64,000 nt of DNA from Acetofilamentum sp. (lineage in GTDB: Bacteria; CAIWAD01), in the NCBI GenBank assembly GCA_020726405.1, contig DYSB01000001.1:7440-71439 (forward strand), in the 5' to 3' direction. The first letter of the stretch is position 1, and each line of letters opens with the position of its first letter. The notes under the pieces were generated by a model, which was not told the origin of the DNA, did no database searches, and saw only the letters and a list, made by a program, of their open reading frames with translations. A program made the position numbers and the translations under genes. Positions 27,745-35,949 of the stretch are shown here, one piece after another.

Positions 27745-28448
27745 TTGCCCGCCTCCTTGGGGCTCTTGCCGGTTGCCTGCCCGACAGCCTGTACGTCGGA
27801 ATCGACCTTGGCACTGCCGCCCGCGTTGGCGCGCGCGCTGGCGGCCGGCTGATTGCCCGGCTCGTCCCCGGAGGCAACGGCGTCCGTGTCCTGGTCACTG
27901 CGCACCAGCGTCAGGGTGGACATCTTGATGGTGAAGTCATGCTTCTTCAGGTCGTCGAAGGTCCGGGCGAAGTTCAGTTGGACCAGGTCGTTGCTGACCT
28001 TGAAGAACTCCATCGTCACCAGACGGCTGTCCTTCTCCAGTTCGTTGAGCAGTTTGCCGAACTGGGTGAAGTTGCCCTTGAAGGAGACCTGGTAGGGCGT
28101 GCGGATGTACTCGGAGATGTTCTTGTCCCGGGGATAGGTCTTCATGTCGGTGATTTCGCAGCCCAGGCTGTTGAGCCGGCCGATGAGGCTGTTGAGGAAA
28201 TCCAGGCTGGCCTCCTCGGTCAGGCCGTCGCGCGTGGATCCCGCCAGGTTCTCGGAGATCAGGTTGGACACGCTGCGCAGCTCGCTGGCCAGGATCTGGG
28301 CGCTGATGAGCTTTTCCTGATGGAATTTCAGCTCGGCGTCCAGTTCGGCGATGCGCTGCGGTTTGGCGATCACCACGCTGCCGAAGAGCCAGCTCATGAA
28401 CAGCGCGAAGCCAATCAGCAGCACGTATCCGGTGATGTTGCGTTTCAT
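27741..28448 (-). CDS. pilO: type IV pilus assembly protein PilO
   Basis: Single TM (ITGYVLLIGFALFMSWLFGSVVIA), a coiled coil, then a ferredoxin-like domain. Start taken at the internal ATG MKRNITGY (28448); the track ORF extends to 28526. Confidence 0.7.
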   Translation of the reverse strand: MKRNITGYVLLIGFALFMSWLFGSVVIAKPQRIAELDAELKFHQEKLISAQILASELRSVSNLISENLAGSTRDGLTEEASLDFLNSLIGRLNSLGCEITDMKTYPRDKNISEYIRTPYQVSFKGNFTQFGKLLNELEKDSRLVTMEFFKVSNDLVQLNFARTFDDLKKHDFTIKMSTLTLVRSDQDTDAVASGDEPGNQPAASARANAGGSAKVDSDVQAVGQATGKSPKEAGK

Positions 28449-28468
28449 TCGGGGCTTCCTTTGCTGTC

Positions 28469-29077
28469 CTAGGATTCCGGAGTGATCGAGGCGTCCTTCG
28501 CCAGGAAGCGCGGCAAGACCTTGCACTGGATTTCGAAGAGCAGGGCCTTCTGGTCATGGCTGATGATGTCTTGGCTGGAGGCGAACTGCACGCTCTCGAA
28601 GTCCTGGTTGAAGAGCTGGTTTGCCTTGAGCTGGTCCACAAAGGCCATGATGTTGTCGATGGGATCCTGTCCCTCGCGCACCTTGTGGATGCCCACGACG
28701 TACAGGTAGCCCTTTTCGAAGCGCACGCTGGTCAGGGCCATGTCACGGGAGACTTCCATGCCCAGGCCCATGACCTTCTGGGTCCAGAGCAGGCGGCTCT
28801 TCTCCAGCTTGGCCAGTTTCAGGATGTCCCGCTTGGACAGCTTGTTGCCCGTGTCCGTCAGCTGCTGCAGGTCGGCTTTGACCTTTTCAATCTTCGCCTG
28901 CTTGTCGGCGATCATCTGGTCCAGCTGCCGGTTCTCCGCCCAGGCCATCCAGCCCACGCCGATGGAGACCAGGGCAAACACGATGAGGAGGGCCCAGCGC
29001 TGGTTGTCCAGCTGCTGCGCGATGCGCGCGGCCTTGTCCTCGCCCTTGTTCAGGTTGATGCGATAGATGTGTTGCAA
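28469..29077 (-). CDS. pilN: type IV pilus assembly protein PilN
   Basis: 202 aa; N-terminal cytoplasmic tail MQHIYRINLNKGED, a TM helix and a periplasmic coiled coil. Confidence 0.8.
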   Translation of the reverse strand: MQHIYRINLNKGEDKAARIAQQLDNQRWALLIVFALVSIGVGWMAWAENRQLDQMIADKQAKIEKVKADLQQLTDTGNKLSKRDILKLAKLEKSRLLWTQKVMGLGMEVSRDMALTSVRFEKGYLYVVGIHKVREGQDPIDNIMAFVDQLKANQLFNQDFESVQFASSQDIISHDQKALLFEIQCKVLPRFLAKDASITPES

Positions 29078-29078
29078 C

Positions 29079-30137
29079 TCAGTCCCTCCTCAGCGCCAGG
29101 CCCACGCAATGGGCGAATTGCGGTCCTCGCGCCCCGGCCGGAGCGCCTTCCATTCCGGCCAGCGGATCCCAGATCTCCACGGGCAGGGCGAACTTGTCGG
29201 CCAAAAGCTCGGGCAGGCCGGGCATGGCCGCGCCGCCGCCCGTGAGCAGCACTTTGCCGAAGTCGCTCTTGCCGGTCTCCTTGGCGTAGAAGCGCAACGT
29301 GCGCCGCACTTCGTCCAGGAAGTCCTCGATGACCGTGCGCTGCTGCAGGGCCAGCGCGGGTTTGCCGTCACTGCCGGCGCCGTGGAAGGCTTCCACGCCC
29401 TGGCGGCACTTGCGGGTCTCGGCCTCTTCCAGGGTGATGGACTGCTGGCGGGCCAGGTCCTCGCTCAGGTGGAAGCCGCCGATGGGGATTTCGCGGTAGA
29501 ACACCCGGCTCTGGTGCCCGGTGACGATGAACTGCGTGCCGCGGGCGCCCAGGCTCAGGAAGAGCACCAGGCCCTGGTCGGGCAGTTCCTGCGTCATGTT
29601 GTAGCTGTTGAGCAGGGCCAGGGGCTCGAGGTCCACCACGCCTGGCTTGAAGCCCGAGTCCTTGAGGATGGCCTCGTGCCAGCCGTACATCTTGCGCGTG
29701 GTGGCCACCAGCAGGATCCGGGACTTCTGCGGATCCTCGGGATCCTCGCCCAGGCTCTGGTGGTCGATGATGGTGTCGGAATCGTCCAGGGGCAGGTGCT
29801 TGCGAGCTTCGAAGATCAGGCTGGAGGCCAGCTCCTCATCCGACATGCGCACTGAGACGATTTCCTTCATGCTGGTGGCCGGACCACCCAGCGCCGACAC
29901 CAGGAACTTCACCTTGCCGGGATTGATGCGCATTTCGCTCATCAGCTCACGCAGGGTGAGCAAGGTCTCGGCACGGCGCAGCTTCTTGGGCTCGTAGCCC
30001 GTCTCGCCGCGGATCTCCCGCACCCCGGCCTTGAGGATCCGGGGAGTTTTGTGATGGGACTCGCACAGCACCGCCTTGATGGAGTGCGTGCCGATGTCAA
30101 GCCCCAGCGTTTGATTGGACCTTCCACCGAAGAACAT
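29079..30137 (-). CDS. pilM: type IV pilus assembly protein PilM (actin-like ATPase fold)
   Basis: 352 aa; LGLDIGTHSIKAVL FtsA/actin-like start; typical PilM length. Confidence 0.92.
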   Translation of the reverse strand: MFFGGRSNQTLGLDIGTHSIKAVLCESHHKTPRILKAGVREIRGETGYEPKKLRRAETLLTLRELMSEMRINPGKVKFLVSALGGPATSMKEIVSVRMSDEELASSLIFEARKHLPLDDSDTIIDHQSLGEDPEDPQKSRILLVATTRKMYGWHEAILKDSGFKPGVVDLEPLALLNSYNMTQELPDQGLVLFLSLGARGTQFIVTGHQSRVFYREIPIGGFHLSEDLARQQSITLEEAETRKCRQGVEAFHGAGSDGKPALALQQRTVIEDFLDEVRRTLRFYAKETGKSDFGKVLLTGGGAAMPGLPELLADKFALPVEIWDPLAGMEGAPAGARGPQFAHCVGLALRRD

Positions 30138-30174
30138 GCGCAGTGTCCTTGCTATTGCTGATCGCCCGAAAAAC

Positions 30175-32052
30175 TTACTCGTTCAATTCCGTCTGCCGCA
30201 GGCTGCGCCAGCGGTCGTAATCCGGCACCACCATCTCCGTCGCCACATCCTGGGCGCCGCTGTCGTAGGTCACGCGGAACCAGACCGGCGGCCCGCCGGA
30301 GAGGAAATTCTCGTCGTAGCGGTAGTTCTTCTGCTGATAACCGATCCAGGCCTGGCCCCAGGGTCCCACCGGGTCGCGGAAGATGAAGCCGCGGTGGGTC
30401 TGGACGATGGAGCCGCAGATGTGGATCGTCCCGCGCCGGTCGGCCAGGTCGGTGGAGCCGAGGCAGTCCGGCCGGAAGCCGCCGGGCACGTTGTCCCAGA
30501 CGGTGACGTTCTGGTTGGCCAGGCCGAAACAGCCCTCCACTTGGGGTGAGGGCGCGGGCACCGTGGCCCCCCAGGCCGTGGTCTTCCAGAATTCCGCCTC
30601 GAAACTGCAGCCCACGGCGAAAATGGCCGCGGTGATGATCACGTCCCGCCGGCCCTGGCTGCAGAGGTTGCCGATGTTGCTGTCGATGCCCGGATCGAAG
30701 TCCAGGCCACACTCCACGCCCGGGGTCAGCATGCCGTTGGCGAAGCCGTTGGCCAGCGTAGCGGCCACGATGATGTCCTTCTCGCAGGCCAGCCCGATGC
30801 GGTTGGGGCTGCCCAGCGGGACCATGCCGAAGGGCGTGTTCTCCGCGGGCGGGTCGCCCGGGCAGGGCCCCAGCACCGTGTCCTCGGTGATGATGTTGTC
30901 CATGATGAACATGCTGTCGCTGGAGAGCACGGTGACCTTGCCGCGCACGATGCCTTCCAGCCGGCAGACGCCCTTGACGTAGATCAGCTCGCGGCCCGCC
31001 CCGGTGGGCAGGTACTTGGTCTGCCAGTCCAGCCCGCCGCCGAGGACGAAGAGCGTGTCGCCCCCCGGCCCCAGGCTGTCGGCGATGTACTGGGCCACGT
31101 GGTAGCGGCTGCGGTCGAACTTGAGGTAGGTGGTCACCGGATGCTCGTTGCCGCTGTCGAGGCGGATTTTGTCCTCGTAGGTGTGGCTGGGCTGGCGCTG
31201 TTCCTTGATCTGGTCGATGGCGCGATCCGGCGGCCAGGCGATGCGCTGGTAGGGAATGATCCAGCCGCCCTGGAAGACTGACGGGTACAGGCCCTCGACC
31301 AGATTGATCACCGCCGGCTCCGTCTGGCTGAACAGGCCGTAGAAGATCGGGTTGCCCGCCGGGGACATCTCGGCGGCGCCGTTGATGTGCACGCGGCCGT
31401 AGATGCGTTCGCCCACGCCGAAGCGGACGGGGTTGCCCTCCGGGCCGATCTCGCCGTTGGAGAAATACATGAAGCGCGAGAAGTCCCCGAAGGTGACGCC
31501 CACCGCGCTGCGGTGCATGACGGAATGGTCGCGGCCCCGGTCGTCGCGCCAGGTCACCTCGCCCTGGGCGGACACGAAGTAGTAGGGCTTGGAACTGGAG
31601 ACGTCGAAGACCTTGTCCATCTTCAAATCGCGGTAGTTGAAGCGGAAGCCGTGCGCCGAATTCCCCTCCATGTAGGCATCGGCGAGGATGTCGTTGAGGT
31701 CGTTGGGCTCGATCCGGTTGTCGTTTTCGGAGCCCGCATCGGCCAGCTCCGGGTTCTGCATGAAGCGCGGCAGTCCGTGAACGGCCACGGCGTACTCCGC
31801 CGTGTAGCGGGCGTAGACCTGGGCGCGCTCGCGCATCAGCTGGAAGCGGTGCGAGCGGTTCTGCATGAAGTGCGAGGTGGCGATGCTCAGGGCCACCATG
31901 CTGAGGATGGCCGTGAGCAGCAGGATGGCCACACCACTGTCGCCCGAGGCGGCCCAGCGCAGGCTGGGACGGCGCTGCTTGAGTTCCTTCATGGCGGATT
32001 CCTCCCTCGAGGTCGGATGGAAGGCGGTTCCGGGCCGGCGGGGCGCGCTCAT
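30175..32052 (-). CDS. large membrane-anchored pilus-locus protein with Cys-rich C-terminal domain (PilY1-position analogue?)
   Basis: 625 aa. Chosen over the overlapping Arg/Gly-rich alternative frame 30152..32062. ATGA overlap with the upstream pilin-like gene at 32049-32052. N-terminal TM (GVAILLLTAILSMVALSIATS); the last ~200 aa hold ~8 Cys (GPCPGD, GLACEKD, VECGLD, GNLCSQG, RPDCLG, HICGS). Confidence 0.65.
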   Translation of the reverse strand: MSAPRRPGTAFHPTSREESAMKELKQRRPSLRWAASGDSGVAILLLTAILSMVALSIATSHFMQNRSHRFQLMRERAQVYARYTAEYAVAVHGLPRFMQNPELADAGSENDNRIEPNDLNDILADAYMEGNSAHGFRFNYRDLKMDKVFDVSSSKPYYFVSAQGEVTWRDDRGRDHSVMHRSAVGVTFGDFSRFMYFSNGEIGPEGNPVRFGVGERIYGRVHINGAAEMSPAGNPIFYGLFSQTEPAVINLVEGLYPSVFQGGWIIPYQRIAWPPDRAIDQIKEQRQPSHTYEDKIRLDSGNEHPVTTYLKFDRSRYHVAQYIADSLGPGGDTLFVLGGGLDWQTKYLPTGAGRELIYVKGVCRLEGIVRGKVTVLSSDSMFIMDNIITEDTVLGPCPGDPPAENTPFGMVPLGSPNRIGLACEKDIIVAATLANGFANGMLTPGVECGLDFDPGIDSNIGNLCSQGRRDVIITAAIFAVGCSFEAEFWKTTAWGATVPAPSPQVEGCFGLANQNVTVWDNVPGGFRPDCLGSTDLADRRGTIHICGSIVQTHRGFIFRDPVGPWGQAWIGYQQKNYRYDENFLSGGPPVWFRVTYDSGAQDVATEMVVPDYDRWRSLRQTELNE

Positions 32053-32690
32053 TCCCCATCACCGAGGTTTTGCTGACGCATTTCCTGGATGTGCTTGTTG
32101 GGAACCGTGACGATGCGGCGGAAGGAGCGGCTGACCCGCTGCTCCTGCTCCCGATCCTCCACCTCCAGGGTCAGCAGCACTTCCGTCAGGATGTTGGTGA
32201 TGCGCGAATTGACGAAGGGCCGATCTTGATAGGGCCGCAGGCGGAAGTCCGTCACGTAGACGCGGAAGCGCTTGCCGTTGTTGATGCGCGGATCCAGCTG
32301 GGGGGGCGGAAAGTCGTCGATCCATTCCGGCCGGATGCCATTGTGCTGGATGATCACCTTGCGCTCGCCCTCCCGCGAGAGGGCGGTTTCCACCTGGCGG
32401 CCGGTGTTGAAGGAGCCCAGAAAGTTGAACTCGATGTCCTCCTTGGCCCGTCCGCCGGCATTGGCGTTGCGGGTGACCTCATGGGCCGCGCCGAAGGAGT
32501 CGCAGGCTTCGGTCAGGATCTGGTCCGCGTAGAAGTGGAGGTCGTTGAGGATCTTGTCGCGGGCCATCTGGCGGGCCTGGACGATCAACACGGTGGTCAG
32601 GCCCAGCACCATGACGCCCATCATGGAGATGGAGACCATCAGCTCCATCAGGTAGATGCCCCGCTCGGAACGCAGTCGACAGGGCTTCAT
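32049..32690 (-). CDS. type IV pilin-like protein (minor pilin), paralogue 1
   Basis: Starts at the internal ATG (32690): MKPCRLRSERG|IYLMELMVSISMMGVMVLGLTTVLIV. This is the prepilin peptidase motif (Gly, then Glu at +5, then a hydrophobic helix). The track's upstream extension is junk. Confidence 0.75.
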   Translation of the reverse strand: MKPCRLRSERGIYLMELMVSISMMGVMVLGLTTVLIVQARQMARDKILNDLHFYADQILTEACDSFGAAHEVTRNANAGGRAKEDIEFNFLGSFNTGRQVETALSREGERKVIIQHNGIRPEWIDDFPPPQLDPRINNGKRFRVYVTDFRLRPYQDRPFVNSRITNILTEVLLTLEVEDREQEQRVSRSFRRIVTVPNKHIQEMRQQNLGDGE

Positions 32691-33439
32691 GTGGACTCCC
32701 CTCTGACCCTGGACGGGTCGAATGAGCGGTTGAAGCGGTTCGTGGGGGGCCACAAGGCCGTATTGGGCCGGAGACGGTCCCGCTGCTCGCGCTCGCGTTC
32801 CCAGAGCGGGGTGCGCAGGCGCAGCAGGGCGGCGTTGGGCAGGGAGACCACGCGGCGGTACTCCCGGCTCAGGCGCTGACCGTTGTCGCGGTCCTCCAGC
32901 TCCAGCACCAGCCGGAGCTCCACCAGATCCTGCCAGAGCACGTAGGGCATGTGCCACTGGCGGTCCGGGTAATCGCCCACCGTCAGCTCCCGCACGCTGA
33001 CGCGCTGGCGCCGGCCATTGCCGCGCCGGGGATCCAGTTCGGCCGGCGGGAAGTCGTTGCACCAGTCCAGCCGCTGATTGTTGCGCAGGATCAGCACGTT
33101 GCGCCGCTGATTGAGCAGCAGGCGGGTCTCCAGGGTGCGGCCCAGGTTTCGGTAGGCGATGCCGCGGAACTCCAGCTCCTCCGAAAAGCGGGCACCGGTC
33201 AAGCTGTTGGGCAGCACGCGGCTGGCCTGGGCGGCGGCGGCGGCGGCTTCATCCAGCACGGCGTCGGCGTAGAAATACAGGTCGGTGAGCACTTTGTCCT
33301 GGGCCAGCTGCCGCGCTTGAACCACCAGCAGGGTGGCCATGCCCAGCACAACCACGCCGAGGAGCGCCACACCGGCCAGCATCTCCACCAGGGAGACACC
33401 GGCGTCGGAGCGCTGCGGAGCGTGGAGCCTCATGGTCAT
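32687..33439 (-). CDS. type IV pilin-like protein (minor pilin), paralogue 2
   Basis: MTMRLHAPQRSDAG|VSLVEMLAGVALLGVVVLGMATLLVV, again G/xxxxE. Shares QARQ(M/L)A(R/Q)DK(I/V)L(N/T)DL(H/Y)FYAD with paralogue 1, so it is a tandem duplicate. Confidence 0.75.
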   Translation of the reverse strand: MTMRLHAPQRSDAGVSLVEMLAGVALLGVVVLGMATLLVVQARQLAQDKVLTDLYFYADAVLDEAAAAAAQASRVLPNSLTGARFSEELEFRGIAYRNLGRTLETRLLLNQRRNVLILRNNQRLDWCNDFPPAELDPRRGNGRRQRVSVRELTVGDYPDRQWHMPYVLWQDLVELRLVLELEDRDNGQRLSREYRRVVSLPNAALLRLRTPLWEREREQRDRLRPNTALWPPTNRFNRSFDPSRVRGEST

Positions 33440-33444
33440 CCTTT

Positions 33445-33900
33445 CTAGCGCAACTGGTTCACGGCCGTGCGCAGGGTTTCGCGGCGCATGGCGGTGCCTT
33501 CGGGCCAGGTGATGGACACGGTGATCTGGAAGGCGTCGATTCCCGCCAGACGGATCAGGTCGATCTGCGGCGCCGGTGCGAATTCCGCCAGCACGTAGTC
33601 GCGCTCCCGGCGGTTGCCCGTGTCCAGGGCCACGAAGTGCCGCGCGCTGGGCCGTGGATGGTTGATGCCGAAGACATAGACCGAGGCTTTCCAGAACTCG
33701 ATCTCGCCCTGCAACTCCTCCAGGGCCCGCATGCGGCGGTATTCCTGCTTGGTCAGCTCGTGGGCCTGGTAGATGTTCTTCACCAGGGCCGTGGAGGTGA
33801 CCATCAGCAGCAGCACGGCGATGAGCAGCTGCGGGTAGAAGGCGATGCCCGTCTCCCCCAGGATCCAGGCCCGCCGGGCCGGCGTCTCGTGTGGCCGCAT
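33445..33900 (-). CDS. small membrane protein of the minor-pilin module
   Basis: 151 aa. One TM (IAFYPQLLIAVLLLMVTSTALV) but no canonical G/xxxxE motif. Located between pilT and the pilin-like genes. Confidence 0.45.
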   Translation of the reverse strand: MRPHETPARRAWILGETGIAFYPQLLIAVLLLMVTSTALVKNIYQAHELTKQEYRRMRALEELQGEIEFWKASVYVFGINHPRPSARHFVALDTGNRRERDYVLAEFAPAPQIDLIRLAGIDAFQITVSITWPEGTAMRRETLRTAVNQLR

Positions 33901-33924
33901 GGTCCCTCCTTCCCGTCGCCGGGA

Positions 33925-34992
33925 TCAGACGTAATGGTCGCCCAGCTCCAGATCGAAGACCTTGGGATTCTCCGCGATCTGGATGGCTTCCTGCCGGTCC
34001 ACCTTGCCCTCGCGCACCAGCCGCAGCAGGTCGCCGTCCAGCGTGTGCATGCCGGACTTGGACCCGCTCTGGATCACGTTGGGAATCTGGAAGATCTTGT
34101 CTTCGCGGATCAGGTTGCGCACCGCCGTGGTGGCCACCATCACCTCCGTCACCACCACGCGGCCCTTGCCGTCCTTGGTGGGCAGCAGGCGCTGGGCCAC
34201 CACCGCCTCCAGCGACTCGGACAGCATGGAGCGGACCTGCTGTTTCTGCGCACTGGGGAAGATGTCGATGATGCGGTCGATGGTCTTGGTCGCGCTGGAA
34301 GTGTGCAGGGTGGCCAGCACCAGGTGGCCGGTCTCGGCCGCTGTCAGCGCCAGCTGCACGGTCTCCAGGTCGCGCATCTCACCCACCAGGATCACGTCCG
34401 GGTCCTCGCGCAAGGCCACGCGCAGGGCGCTGGCGAAGGAATGCGTGTTGGCCCCCACTTCGCGCTGGTTGATCATGCAGTTGCGCGAGGTGTGGAAGAA
34501 CTCGATGGGATCTTCAATGGTGATGACGTGCTTCTCGTAGGCGTCGTTGATGATGTCCACCATGGCGGCCAGGGTGGTGGACTTGCCCGAGCCCGTGGGC
34601 CCGGTGAGCAGCACGAGGCCGCGGTCCTTGAGGGCCAGTTCCGTCAGCACCTTGGAGGGCAGCCCCAACTCGTCCAGGGACTTCAGGGATTCCGGGATGG
34701 TGCGGAAGACGGCCGAGGTGCCGAGGATCTGCTGAAAGAAGTTGACGCGGAAGCGCGCCACGCCTTCCAGCTTGTAGGAGAAGTCCACCTCGTACTTCTC
34801 CTCGAAAACCTGCTTCATGCGGGAGTTCATCACCCGGGAGCCGTAGGCGTCCATCTCCTCCTGGGTCATCACTCCCATGTTCAGCTTCTTCAGCGAGCCG
34901 TGCAGGCGGATCATGGGCGTGTTGCCCACCGACAGGTGCAGGTCAGAGGCGCCCTGCTCCACCGCAAAAGTCAACAGCTGGTCGATTTCCAC
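33925..34992 (-). CDS. pilT: twitching motility retraction ATPase
   Basis: 355 aa; Walker A GPTGSGKSTT, PilT signature AIRNLIREDKIFQIPNVIQSG. Confidence 0.95.
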   Translation of the reverse strand: MEIDQLLTFAVEQGASDLHLSVGNTPMIRLHGSLKKLNMGVMTQEEMDAYGSRVMNSRMKQVFEEKYEVDFSYKLEGVARFRVNFFQQILGTSAVFRTIPESLKSLDELGLPSKVLTELALKDRGLVLLTGPTGSGKSTTLAAMVDIINDAYEKHVITIEDPIEFFHTSRNCMINQREVGANTHSFASALRVALREDPDVILVGEMRDLETVQLALTAAETGHLVLATLHTSSATKTIDRIIDIFPSAQKQQVRSMLSESLEAVVAQRLLPTKDGKGRVVVTEVMVATTAVRNLIREDKIFQIPNVIQSGSKSGMHTLDGDLLRLVREGKVDRQEAIQIAENPKVFDLELGDHYV

Positions 34993-35100
34993 GCGGACCC
35001 CAGTGCTTGGTCAGGATTGAGAAGTGGCATGTCCGGCGGTCCGGGCATTCCAGCCACTTGCCCCGATGTGTGGTCGGGAACGGTCAGGTTGAGCGTGCCG

Positions 35101-35136
35101 ATCCGGCAAACGGCCAGCCGTCCCGAAGGACGGCCG
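35101..35136 (-). terminator. GC hairpin 3' of pilA (weak U-tract)
   Basis: GCCGTCC-CGAA-GGACGGC 7-bp stem at 35117-35134. On the minus strand it is followed by UGGCCGUUUGCC. Confidence 0.35.
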
Positions 35137-35150
35137 GCCCGTGCGAATCG

Positions 35151-35558
35151 CTACTCGCCGGCAGTCTTGGGGAAGCCGTAGCCTTCCCAGCGCCCTTCCT
35201 GGATGTTGAAGGTGACCACGTTGCCCGCGCCGCCCTTCATTTCGGCGGTGGAGGTGGCCTGGATCTGCTGGTCGCCAACCAACTGGAAGGTCCACTGACG
35301 CAAGGTGGCGTTGTCCAGCTCCAGGTAGCCGCCCTCGGACATGATCGTCAAGTCCGACGGCCACGAGCCCGTCTCCTGCTCGTAGATCTTGGCCGCGTTC
35401 AGGATGGCGTTGATCTGCACCTTGGCATCGGACGCGCGGGCGCCGCGAACGGCCTGGATGTACTTGGGCACGGCGATGGCAGCCAGAATGGCCACCAGGA
35501 TCACCACGATCAGCACTTCGACCAGGGTAAAGCCGCGTTCGTCTTTGCGGAACTTCAT
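35151..35558 (-). CDS. pilA: type IV major pilin
   Basis: Internal ATG at 35558 with GGGGAGA RBS: MKFRKDERG|FTLVEVLIVVILVAILAAIAVP. Textbook type IVa prepilin leader and N-terminal helix; 135 aa. Confidence 0.9.
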   Translation of the reverse strand: MKFRKDERGFTLVEVLIVVILVAILAAIAVPKYIQAVRGARASDAKVQINAILNAAKIYEQETGSWPSDLTIMSEGGYLELDNATLRQWTFQLVGDQQIQATSTAEMKGGAGNVVTFNIQEGRWEGYGFPKTAGE

Positions 35559-35816
35559 TCCATGTCTCCCCGAGTTGAAAGGTTTCTGAGTGGCCCGCCG
35601 GCCCTTGCAGGCCTGGCCCCATTGAACGATTTCCAAAGTAGGTACCTGCCCAGAGGCAGACAAGGACAAGGATTCGGAAGGGCGCTTTCCCCTCCCCCGG
35701 CCGCGTTCATCAAACCTTACACCTTGCCTTGGCCCTTAACATGCCGCCGCCCCAGCCTGACGGACGGGCGACCCGAATCAGGCTTTCAGCCCGGTTTTCG
35801 GCCATCCCGAAACAGG

Positions 35817-35832
35817 TGCAAGAATTCGGCCA
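35817..35832 (-). promoter_or_regulatory. candidate sigma-54 (-24/-12) promoter upstream of pilA
   Basis: Minus strand reads TGGCCGAATTCTTGCA, i.e. GG-N10-GC with TTGCA at -12. About 250 nt upstream of the pilA ATG. pilA is sigma-54 dependent in several bacteria. Confidence 0.25.
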
Positions 35833-35949
35833 ATAAATGCCCTTGTTGCTTCAGGAGCGGGAACCTGGGCCGGCCTCCAGAGCGCGGCGGCCCCGGGTCG
35901 GAACCGGGAGACGGGACGGGAATCGCGGCAACTTGGCGCGGGCAGACTC

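Noticed and set aside
30152-32062. 636-aa alternative reading frame overlapping the 625-aa pilus-locus gene
   Set aside because: Its product is Arg/Gly/Pro-rich with no hydrophobic core, whereas frame 30175..32052 encodes a TM anchor and normal globular composition and is ATGA-coupled to the upstream pilin-like gene.
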